Shown one piece after another: positions 56,231 to 64,000 of a DNA stretch of 64,000 nucleotides (the first letter of the stretch is position 1; every line of letters starts with the position of its first letter). The notes under the pieces are model-generated. The model was not told the origin of the DNA. It was given only the letters and a program-made list of their open reading frames with translations, and did not search any database. A program made the position numbers and the translations under genes. The stretch is from Naegleria gruberi. Its lineage: Eukaryota. The stretch lies in assembly GCA_000004985.1 (NCBI GenBank), contig GG738900.1; one strand, 5' to 3'.

Positions 56231-57088
56231 TTATTGTTTGGAATTATTAGAATTACTAGAATCATTAGAGGTATTGGAATTATTTCGCCCAGTATAGATA
56301 TGAAATTTGTAATTTGATGGATATTCCTCATCCTCCTCTGCATCCATTAGATGGAATTTCCAACTCCCAGATTTCTTCTCAGAGCAAGTATTTCTAGGTG
56401 GTATTGTATGAAATACTCGTTGATAGTTTCGTTTCTTTTGAATTTTTGTTTTTGAGATTGTAGTTTTACATTGTGATTTAAGGTTAGAAGAATTAGACTT
56501 AATATTATGAGTATTTGGGTTTGGAGAGGAAGATTCTGAAGATGGACTTGTTGACAATCTATTATCATCATGTTGAGTAATGGTGGAAATGGATCTAAAG
56601 TCAATTTGTGGGACTGGTTGTGATGATGATCTATTTGACAATGTCTTCATCCACTTACATTTAAATAGTGGAGTAGTTGGAGAGGGAACCTTCAATGTTG
56701 AAGCAACTGATGCTTGTATTGGCATGTGGGTATAATATTCTTGTTCTAATGTATTAACAAAATCATCCATATCCAGTTGGAGAAATGTTGGTTCAATGCA
56801 AAGAGGGAGAAAACTAGTTTGAATGCAACATGAACTTTGCTGTATGACTGAATTCTGATTGGTGTTACTCTCAAATATTGATTCTACCATGAGATTTGAG
56901 TTTGGCACAGTCAGGACTGGGCTAGAAGATACAATTCGATTTCCAACAAAGTTGAATTGGTTAGTCATGGTACGCTGTGCAGTTGTTTTTTTCAATGTGT
57001 GAGAATTATCAATGATACAAACTATTCTATTTACCTCTAGTTGATAAACCAAACTTGTTAAGTGCTCCACCTTTATACCAGACATCAT
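56231..57088 (-). CDS. hypothetical S/N/T-rich low-complexity protein, 285 aa
   Basis: ORF with ATGATG at 57088. It is rich in Ser, Asn, Thr and Gln with no recognisable domain. It is divergently oriented to the SPRY/RING gene across a ~580-bp spacer. Confidence 0.4.
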   Translation of the reverse strand: MMSGIKVEHLTSLVYQLEVNRIVCIIDNSHTLKKTTAQRTMTNQFNFVGNRIVSSSPVLTVPNSNLMVESIFESNTNQNSVIQQSSCCIQTSFLPLCIEPTFLQLDMDDFVNTLEQEYYTHMPIQASVASTLKVPSPTTPLFKCKWMKTLSNRSSSQPVPQIDFRSISTITQHDDNRLSTSPSSESSSPNPNTHNIKSNSSNLKSQCKTTISKTKIQKKRNYQRVFHTIPPRNTCSEKKSGSWKFHLMDAEEDEEYPSNYKFHIYTGRNNSNTSNDSSNSNNSKQ

Positions 57089-57669
57089 TAGATAACTATG
57101 GAAATGGATTTGTCTCCGCTTAACCTTAAGAGCCTCAATGCGGTCTATTTGCTATTTTGAACCCTCGAGGCCAAGGATACTTAAATCTCTTTGGATAACC
57201 TGCCGTTTTAGTATTTATTTCTGAGATGTTATGTTATCCAATGAGATTCTGCAAATCATTTTCATTTATGGCAGTGTGAGAAATGAGTGACAGGAATGGA
57301 CTGGGAATAAAACAATCCTTAATGGATGTGTTGGAAATACGCATCACGAGGATTCTGGTTCACATTCAGAGTGATTCACACATTCTTACCAATCCTTAAA
57401 ATGAAAATGGCAACTTGCAAGAAGAATTTCATACCTAAATGCAACCATGATTGAGTCCATGCTCCATTAACTCTTTTAACTTTCACTATTTACAATTTCG
57501 AATACTGAACTGTAAAACTTACTCAAAAATTTTTTTGTAAACATAAACCCCACAGTAATAGATTATCAACCTTATTCCCTTTGTCCATTCAAAAACGTGA
57601 CAGGAAACGTGATACGTAAAACCAGATTTTGATTTGGCAAGCGAAAAAATTGTAAAAATAGAAAAAAAA

Positions 57670-58809
57670 ATGACTCGACTTGATGTGCAGTTTTGTAAGG
57701 GATTTGTTCAGACTAATGTTCAGAACGTTTATTGTACAGATGTTGGTGGAAAGGGATTGAAGAATAATAATGATCGATTTATTTTACAGTTTAATCAATA
57801 TTATCAGAAAGGTTTGATGGTGAAAAATCAGGAGAAGGGAATTCCGATGAGATATTTTGAAATATTTATTCAGCATGTTTCTGAGAAAAAGCCAATATTT
57901 GCTATTGGATTGGCAAAACCTAATTATGATAGAGGAATGGTTGGTTGGTATGATGAATCGATTGGATATCATGCTGATGATGGATATGTTTTTCATAATG
58001 TTGGAAATCAACATAATACTGAGAATTTGATTGGATTGTATTCTTTTGGAGATAGTGTTGGAGTTTTGTTAATTGGTTCTAAAGCATATTTTACAAAGAA
58101 TGGAGTAGCTAATACCAAAGCTTTTGAGCTGAAGAATTATGCTCATGAACAATATTTACCAACTTTGTCTTCTTCAGATTCTGACACTACCATCAAGGTT
58201 TTAAGTCCAAGTGAATTCAAGTTCAATATTGACAAGTTCATTAAAGAAGATTTGAAACTCGAATTAATAGAGAATGAGACACCTCAAAGAAGTGTAAATG
58301 ATTCTGCTAATGACATGCTGAATCATTGTGATGGATTGAAAAAGTTAATTCTAGATGTGATAGAACAACAATCAGTGAATGATTCTCTCCAAAAGCAAAA
58401 AGATACTGAAATTCAAAAATTGAAAATTGAAATTACAGAGCTACAATCCTCTAACGAAAAACTGAAACAACAACATGAAATAACCTTAAAAGAGAATGAA
58501 AAATTGAGAGATGTAAAGACAAGACTTGCACTCAATCAACAAGATATCAATAATTTAAGTCTGGAACAATTGAAAGAGTTGTCACGTATTCTCCTAGATA
58601 CTCAAAACACAATCCATAGTAAGGAGAAAGACTTGCTAGATGTTGAGCTACTCTGTGTGGTTTGTCAAGATAAGAGAAAGAATACCTTGTTCTTACCTTG
58701 TAAACATCTTTGTGTTTGCGCTGAATGTGCTGAGAGTGTCAAATCTACTGGAAAACAATGTCCAGTTTGTAGAACTGTTATATCTGATAGCATACAAACA
58801 CATCTCTAA
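57670..58809 (+). CDS. SPRY domain, coiled-coil and C-terminal RING-finger E3 ubiquitin-ligase-like protein, ~380 aa
   Basis: The track M at 57634 is a TTG; the first ATG is at 57670 (MTRLDVQF…). SPRY: IGLAKPNYDRGMVGWYDESIGYHADDGYVFHNVGNQ…FGDSVGVLLIGSKAYFTKNGV. Coiled coil: EIQKLKIEITELQSSNEKLKQQHE. C-terminal C3HC4 RING: CVVCQDKRKNTLFLPCKHLCVCAECAESVKSTGKQCPVCR. Confidence 0.75.
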   Translation: MTRLDVQFCKGFVQTNVQNVYCTDVGGKGLKNNNDRFILQFNQYYQKGLMVKNQEKGIPMRYFEIFIQHVSEKKPIFAIGLAKPNYDRGMVGWYDESIGYHADDGYVFHNVGNQHNTENLIGLYSFGDSVGVLLIGSKAYFTKNGVANTKAFELKNYAHEQYLPTLSSSDSDTTIKVLSPSEFKFNIDKFIKEDLKLELIENETPQRSVNDSANDMLNHCDGLKKLILDVIEQQSVNDSLQKQKDTEIQKLKIEITELQSSNEKLKQQHEITLKENEKLRDVKTRLALNQQDINNLSLEQLKELSRILLDTQNTIHSKEKDLLDVELLCVVCQDKRKNTLFLPCKHLCVCAECAESVKSTGKQCPVCRTVISDSIQTHL

Positions 58810-58869
58810 ATTGTAGATATTGTAATAAATTAAAAAATTTACTTGAATTAAAAAAGTAGTGGATGGTGT

Positions 58870-61218
58870 TTATTTATGCTTGATGTAGTATTGATCACTT
58901 TCATCGAATGCTTTGAAAATTGTATGTAATGGTTGGCCGGTAACAAGGAGGGAAGAAAGTCCATTTTCATTTCTTTCAGCTTGGAAAGCTTCATGTTGAT
59001 ACATTAAAATATTGAAAACTGGTGTGTTGCAGTTGGATTGAACTGGTGAGGCTCTCATGAATTGATTGTAAATAGCCAACATGTTCATTACAACTTCAAC
59101 ATTTCCACCAACAATTCCAGGATTAAGAAGCATACTATTTAGAGGTGTTTGATGTTTAGAAAGGGTATTAAGTGGATAAGGAGCTGATTTGTTATAGTAG
59201 AATGATCCATTGACTTCATCAATAGTGATGGAGCATTGAGCAAGCTTTTGTTGAGCCCACTTGGATGAACCAATAGTGGTTGGCTCTGAACCAAAGAAGA
59301 GCTTGTCAGTACTTTCACATACATCACCATCACATTCATCAAAGGTAGAAAGATATTCGAAAGGATTCTTATTAAACTTGATATCAAATAGATCAGTCAT
59401 TATAACTCTCTTTGGTAAAAGACTGAGGCCTTTAGTTGATTCTCTTTGAGCTTGAAGAAGGAAGTTTTCATAAATGAAGAATCTCTCATCATTGGTTGAT
59501 CTCTCACCCAATTGAACGAGTTCAAATCTTACATTATATGAAGTTAACTTGTTGAAACCACACTTGGTGTAAAGTTTGGCATCGTCATAGAAAACCACAG
59601 CTCTAAGATTATGTTTGTGAACCGATTCGTACCATTCTCTCATTGGCTCAAAACAAGAGTCACCATATTGTTCATCTCTTTCTGGATGACCCTTTGTAAC
59701 AAAGTAAGTGGTAAAAATAACATCGTCTGTTACTTGATTATTGGAAAAGTGATAGTATTTCAAGTACCAATCAACAAATTTACGAACACCATCTTCGAGT
59801 TTGGTCTTTGGTTGGAAATTGAGTAATTCTTGACTGTGTGTAATGTCAGCAAAGGTAATGGTCATATCAGTTGGTGGTTTCTTTACATGATTAATCTTGG
59901 CCTTCTTATCGAGAGCCTTTTCAATATACTTGATCATATCAGTAACCTTCTCAGGAGTATGGTTACCTAAATTGAAAACATCATGAACAGCTCTTCCTTC
60001 TTCTCTTTTAACACGATCTCCATAATTCATAGAATTGATAATACCATTAACAATATCATCAATATAGGTAAAATCTCTCATTAACTCTTTTCCTTCGAGA
60101 GTGTAAAGAGTAATTGGCTTACCCTTAACAATTTGATCAACCCAACTGAAAAGAGCCATATCTGGTCTTCCATAAGGGCCATAAACAGTAAAGAATCTCA
60201 ATCCAATAACTGGAATACCGTAAAGGTAGTTATAAGTTTCAGCAAATAATTCTTGGGATATCTTGGAGGCGCTATATACATTGGTAGGTTTGTTAATGTT
60301 CATTTGTTCATGGAATGCAGATGGATCAAATTCTTGAATGTTTCCATAAACGCTTGAACTGGAGGCATAGGCAAAAACTGGAGGATTAGTTTTTTGGTAT
60401 TTAACACTAGTTTCCAACAATTCTATTTGACAGAGAATGTTATTTCTAATGTAGGTTTGGGGATTTTTAAGGGAATATCTTACACCAGCTTGGGCAGCAA
60501 GATGGAGAACATGTGTAAAGGTGTATTTCTCGAAAATTTCACTCAAAATTGAAGTATTGCATACATCTCCCTCAATGACTTGAAAATCAATGAATGGCTT
60601 AATGTCTGCTTCTTCTTTTCTCAAAATTGTACTCGCTTGTTCAATCAAATTTTGATTGATTTCTCTAACAGTCTTTTCCAATTGTTTCTTTCTCATGTAT
60701 TTCAAGTCAGTTGAGTAGTAGTCATTGAAATTATCAAGACCAATCATGACACTACGTTCAACATTATTCAATGCCAAATCAATTTGTTCAATATTGCCCT
60801 TTGTTTCATTGACAAGAGTTGCCATAAAATTGTTCCAATAGGCAAACTCTTCCTTTGCAAGCTTTTCAGCAAGATGAAAGCCAATAAATCCAGCACTTCC
60901 AGTAACTAGAACTTTACGAGAATGAGAAGATTGGGAAAGACCAACCGTATTATCAGATTCTCCTGATGATGTCATATTGGTGGAAGCACTTCCACTAACA
61001 ATAGAACCATCAACAGAAGCAGCAACACTTGCAACAGAAAGTCCGGAAGCAGTATTGCTGTTAGAAGTAGTGGAGGCAACAACTACTTCGGAGTGTGCAT
61101 TACCAGCACACATCATCAAGACAATGGCAAACATCATCATGATTGTCATCATCTTCCATGATGATGAGAACTTTAACAGAATGGTACTCTTAGAGTAATA
61201 ATAGTGTCTATGAGACAT
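58870..61218 (-). CDS. type-II membrane protein with UDP-glucuronate 4-epimerase-like (GAE, extended SDR) domain fused to a ~400-aa uncharacterised C-terminal domain; single exon
   Basis: The track M at 61239 is a TTG. Candidate ATGs are at 61218 (MSHRHYYY…) and at 61152 (MMTIMMMFAIVLMMCAGNAHS, a signal anchor). An S/T-rich stem follows. The SDR core reads KVLVTGSAGFIGFHLAEKL, FTHVLHLAAQAGVRYSLKNPQTYIRNNI, YASSSSVYG, YSASKISQELFAETYNYLYGIPVIGLRFFTVYGPYGRPDMALFSW (YxxxK). This closely matches plant-type GAE UDP-glucuronate 4-epimerases. The C-terminal half (…VIFTTYFVTKGHPERDEQYGDSCFEPMREWYESVHKHNLRAVVFYDD…) matches no family I recognise. Confidence 0.75.
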   Translation of the reverse strand: MSHRHYYYSKSTILLKFSSSWKMMTIMMMFAIVLMMCAGNAHSEVVVASTTSNSNTASGLSVASVAASVDGSIVSGSASTNMTSSGESDNTVGLSQSSHSRKVLVTGSAGFIGFHLAEKLAKEEFAYWNNFMATLVNETKGNIEQIDLALNNVERSVMIGLDNFNDYYSTDLKYMRKKQLEKTVREINQNLIEQASTILRKEEADIKPFIDFQVIEGDVCNTSILSEIFEKYTFTHVLHLAAQAGVRYSLKNPQTYIRNNILCQIELLETSVKYQKTNPPVFAYASSSSVYGNIQEFDPSAFHEQMNINKPTNVYSASKISQELFAETYNYLYGIPVIGLRFFTVYGPYGRPDMALFSWVDQIVKGKPITLYTLEGKELMRDFTYIDDIVNGIINSMNYGDRVKREEGRAVHDVFNLGNHTPEKVTDMIKYIEKALDKKAKINHVKKPPTDMTITFADITHSQELLNFQPKTKLEDGVRKFVDWYLKYYHFSNNQVTDDVIFTTYFVTKGHPERDEQYGDSCFEPMREWYESVHKHNLRAVVFYDDAKLYTKCGFNKLTSYNVRFELVQLGERSTNDERFFIYENFLLQAQRESTKGLSLLPKRVIMTDLFDIKFNKNPFEYLSTFDECDGDVCESTDKLFFGSEPTTIGSSKWAQQKLAQCSITIDEVNGSFYYNKSAPYPLNTLSKHQTPLNSMLLNPGIVGGNVEVVMNMLAIYNQFMRASPVQSNCNTPVFNILMYQHEAFQAERNENGLSSLLVTGQPLHTIFKAFDESDQYYIKHK

Positions 61219-61750
61219 TTTACGATATGTAATGAGCAATGATGCAACAGGGATGCAATAGAATCTACAAACTAATATTAGGAAGAGGACAACGAGTGTT
61301 GAGATGAGGATCCTTTTTTTTGTTAAATAGTAAACTTGATTTTTAAAATAGAGACCATGGACCTCAAATAAATAGCAGAAGTCCGCATGGGAAGTTTAAA
61401 ACTCTAATTATGCTTCCTTCATTCTGTGATGCATCATCAATGATAACACTTGTAGATTGCCAGCATGAATAAGTAAATATTTGCTTCTGGTTCCCTCCTT
61501 ATTGAATAATGAATATTATTCGGTCATTTTCAAGGAGTATCATCTTGATCAAACAATTGAAGAGACAGGAGTTGAATGGCCTGAGTGTGGACAAATGGTT
61601 GCTTTCAGTTTTGAAATTCCAAGTTTCTCCTCCACTACAGTGTCGAGGAGTTAAAGAGGAGTTATTGAAGGTCAAATAATTTGAAAAGATTTTCCTCATG
61701 ACTTCCGTGTTACTACTGTTCCGTAGTGTGAGTGAAAATATCAGAATTGA

Positions 61751-64000
61751 TTAACTGCCATATCGAATAAGGCCAACTAGTGAAGGGCCTTGTTCTGGCT
61801 TGTGCTCATCCCGTACTTCAAATCCATGTTTTTTGAGAAAATCAACCACAGAGGAGTAACCTTCATCCTTGTAAACAAAAGTATAAATTGGAAGAGAAGC
61901 CTCATCAGACGATTTGATTATTGGCATGAGCACTTCATTGCCAAGTCCTTTCTTTCTCAATTTAGGTTTAACAGCAAGTGCCAATAGTGTCCAGTGAGGT
62001 TTATGAGGCGAGGAAATGAGAGAGTTGTGATATTCTTCCATACTCTCAGCACATTTGATACATCTGTACATGGATTTAAGTTTTCTTAATAATAGGTACG
62101 TTAATGAAATTGAAGCTTATGGGATTACTTACAGACTCTTGGGTGATTTTAAAATTCCAAGCTTTAACATTCTCCATAAACCAATACCTTTCGTATTGTA
62201 GGGATCTTGCCATATAGAAATAGCTTGAATTTCCTTGTCCTGATTGGCGAGTGAGTAGTGAATATTGACATATACTCTGCCATATTTGATTCCATATTTT
62301 AGTAATAGAGTACAGAGAAATAAGAGAGCATCTTCTGCAATCTCACTTATTGATTCCACATTAAAAATATGCTTTAAAAGAGAATTCCAATTCAGAAAGG
62401 GTGAATTATTAGTAGTGGGAATGATCAATGCTGGTGAATCCTCAGCAGTAGATGTGCTTGTGGATTTTGAGCTTCCAGTACCAGTACTGTTAGTCAATTT
62501 GGCTTCAATGAATAGCTTCTGGAGTGGATTGTTATCAGAATGTTTGACAACATTAACCAAAAATTTGGCAGCCTCCTCAATTTGACCAGGATGAATCTCT
62601 GAAACTACATTTTTACCTCGCTTATTTCTATCTCTTCTTGTTCGTGGTTTGTGAATTTTTACATAATTATAGACCTGAGTTTTGAATATGTTATTGTCGA
62701 ACAATCCATTTCCAATCTTGGCAATGTCTGATGATGCACGCGATTTGGTACTGTTACTCCTAGATTTTCTTGATTTTGTGCCTGCTGCGTTTGAGTTGGT
62801 TATTTCCTTTCCAATACTTGTTGATGTAACAAAGTTTTTAAACCATTCCTCTTCCCAAATCTTGAAAAATTCCTTGCAACACAATGCAACATGATACATA
62901 TCTTCCAATGAGAGGAAGGCAAATACATTTAACTTTAAAGAAGTTGGATTGAGAGTATTGAAACTTTGTAATGAGAGTTTGATATTATCTTCCCTAAAGT
63001 TTTCCATGATTCGATCCAAAATTTTAATCGTTTTTGCAGCACTAGGTCTGTCCCTTGGTTGATAGCTCAGTAATAGTTTGGTCAAATTGAATAAACCCCT
63101 AGAATATCCCATAGTATCGACACAGTAATGTTCAATCTCATTGAAAAAGTTTGGATTTTTCTGCAATTCCATTGACACCATCATTTGTTTTCCTTCAGCC
63201 ATCATTTGAAGAAGAATCCTATCCAAGTTTATGATTAATATTGAAGATGAATAGACAACCTACACTCCAAATGAATACATATCCGTTGACTGATCATAAA
63301 ATTCCTTGTTTAACATTTCATAGCTCATAAAATCTATTGTTCCACACTGGGTTTTAGCCATTGATAGTGTATCCAAAACTCTACTAATTCCAAAATCTCC
63401 AATCTTTAAAACTCCTGATGCGTCTATTAGAATATTTTGTGGTTTTCTAGAATTAAATTTAAAAGAATAAAAAAATTAATTTTAAATTAATTCGAAACTT
63501 ACAAATCTCGATCTATAAAAAGTATAATAAATTCCAATAATAATAGTAATAGAAATACATACGTATTATATTATTTTCATGCAAATAATTCAATCCTTCA
63601 GCAATTTGAATTGCATAATTTACTATATCCTTTTCCTTCATCTTTCTCTCCTTTTTACAAGTTGTAGTAATGAGCTTTTGCAAATCTCCTCCAGGACAAT
63701 ATTCAATACACAAACAGACATATAAAGTCTCTGCCTTTTTACTGTATTGATGAAGAAAGGCTCCCAAATACTTTATCACATTTCTATGAGAAAGATTCCG
63801 AAGTTTTTGAGCTTCATTCAAATGAATATTGGCCTCATCCAATGAAGACCATTCCATTCTCTTGATTGCTATTTGTTCTTCTGTTTTCTTGTGTTCAGCC
63901 AAAACGACTTGTCTAACATAAGTTATGATGATTAGCCATTTGATATTAATAAAACAACTTACCCTTCCGAACCTCTCCCTAAAATCTTTATAACGTAGTA
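61751..64000 (-). CDS. Ser/Thr protein kinase with C-terminal GNAT acetyltransferase-like fold (partial: the 5' end lies beyond the window); exons in window: 63964-64000+, 63563-63913, microexon 63503-63512, 63264-63446, 62133-63207, 61751-62063
   Basis: The kinase domain is reconstructed across five introns: …ILGRGSEG|GQVVLAEHKKTEEQIAIKRMEW…HRNVIKYLGAF…YLHENNII|HRDL|KPQNILIDASGVLKIGDFGISRV…DMYSFGV|VILLQMMAEGKQMM…RPSA. The invariant HRDL catalytic-loop residues sit on a 10-nt microexon (ATCGAGATTT) between 50- and 56-nt introns. A ~250-aa S/N/K-rich linker follows. …GRVYVNIHYSLANQDKEIQAISIWQDP…GLWRMLKLGILKSPKS then splices (CT|GTAAGT … TGTACAG|A, 69-nt intron) in frame to …HKPHWTLLALAVKPKLRKKGLGNEVLMPII… (GNAT motif A Q/RxxGxG). 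The C-terminal fusion rests on this frame-consistent splice and is unconfirmed. Confidence 0.6.

Noticed and set aside
57100-57630. Slightly GC-richer ~530-bp block between two divergent genes; a possible ncRNA.
   Set aside because: It has no conserved snRNA or snoRNA boxes and no stable stem-loops that I could identify by eye. It is most simply a bidirectional promoter and 5'-UTR region.
15852-61239. The 'M' start residues of several track ORFs (15852, 31154, 47609, 52721, 57634, 61239, 8011, 46789).
   Set aside because: At these positions the codon is TTG or GTG, so the ORF finder allows bacterial alternative starts. For a eukaryotic nuclear gene I relocated the start to the first ATG or to an upstream spliced exon.
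1-64000. Search for prokaryote-style systems (CRISPR repeats, restriction-modification or defence islands, integrases, operons) and for tRNA or rRNA genes.
   Set aside because: I saw no direct-repeat/spacer arrays, no T-loop GGTTCGA-type tRNA signatures and no rRNA-like stretches. Gene structure (spliceosomal introns, ATG/TAA usage, HMG, STAT, kinesin, AK7) is unambiguously eukaryotic nuclear.

Overview
This window is compact, AT-rich (roughly one-third GC) eukaryotic nuclear DNA, not a prokaryotic locus. I found no CRISPR arrays, rRNA or tRNA genes, and no recognisable transposons.

It carries about 36 protein-coding genes on both strands, roughly one per 1.7 kb. Many are single-exon. The rest are interrupted by very short spliceosomal introns, mostly 40-75 nt (one of 134 nt). 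These have GTAAGT, GTATGT or GTTTGT donors and TAG/CAG acceptors, and I reconstructed them by hand from reading-frame continuity across conserved motifs.

The supplied ORF track allows TTG/GTG starts, so several of its 'M' residues are not real ATG codons. Where that mattered I re-derived the true start or an upstream exon; RER1, AK7, the mitochondrial carrier and the SPRY-ankyrin gene all begin in small 5' exons.

Recognisable products include a multi-exon kinesin-1-like motor, a cytosolic carboxypeptidase (tubulin deglutamylase family), an AK7-type adenylate kinase with a C-terminal Dpy-30 motif, a STAT-like SH2 protein and a CaMKK-like kinase. Housekeeping genes include 3-hydroxyisobutyryl-CoA hydrolase, an ELO fatty-acid elongase, cytochrome b5, LMW phosphotyrosine phosphatase, RER1 and a mitochondrial carrier. 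There are also an EF-hand protein, mitoribosomal proteins bL36m and mL46, an RluA-family pseudouridine synthase, an ALKBH6-like dioxygenase and a SPRY+ankyrin protein. A SPRY/RING E3 ligase, an HMG-box protein and a giant 2639-aa charged coiled-coil protein complete the recognisable set.

Unusual items: the single-exon 7.9-kb repetitive coiled-coil gene; a protein kinase gene whose last exon adds a GNAT acetyltransferase fold; two catalytic-motif microexons of 10 and 11 nt; a UDP-glucuronate-4-epimerase-like domain fused to an uncharacterised C-terminal domain; and a degenerate pseudokinase.

The STAT-like SH2 gene, together with cilium-associated genes (cytosolic carboxypeptidase, AK7), suggests an amoebozoan or other amoeboflagellate-type protist. 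I cannot verify the source organism from sequence alone.
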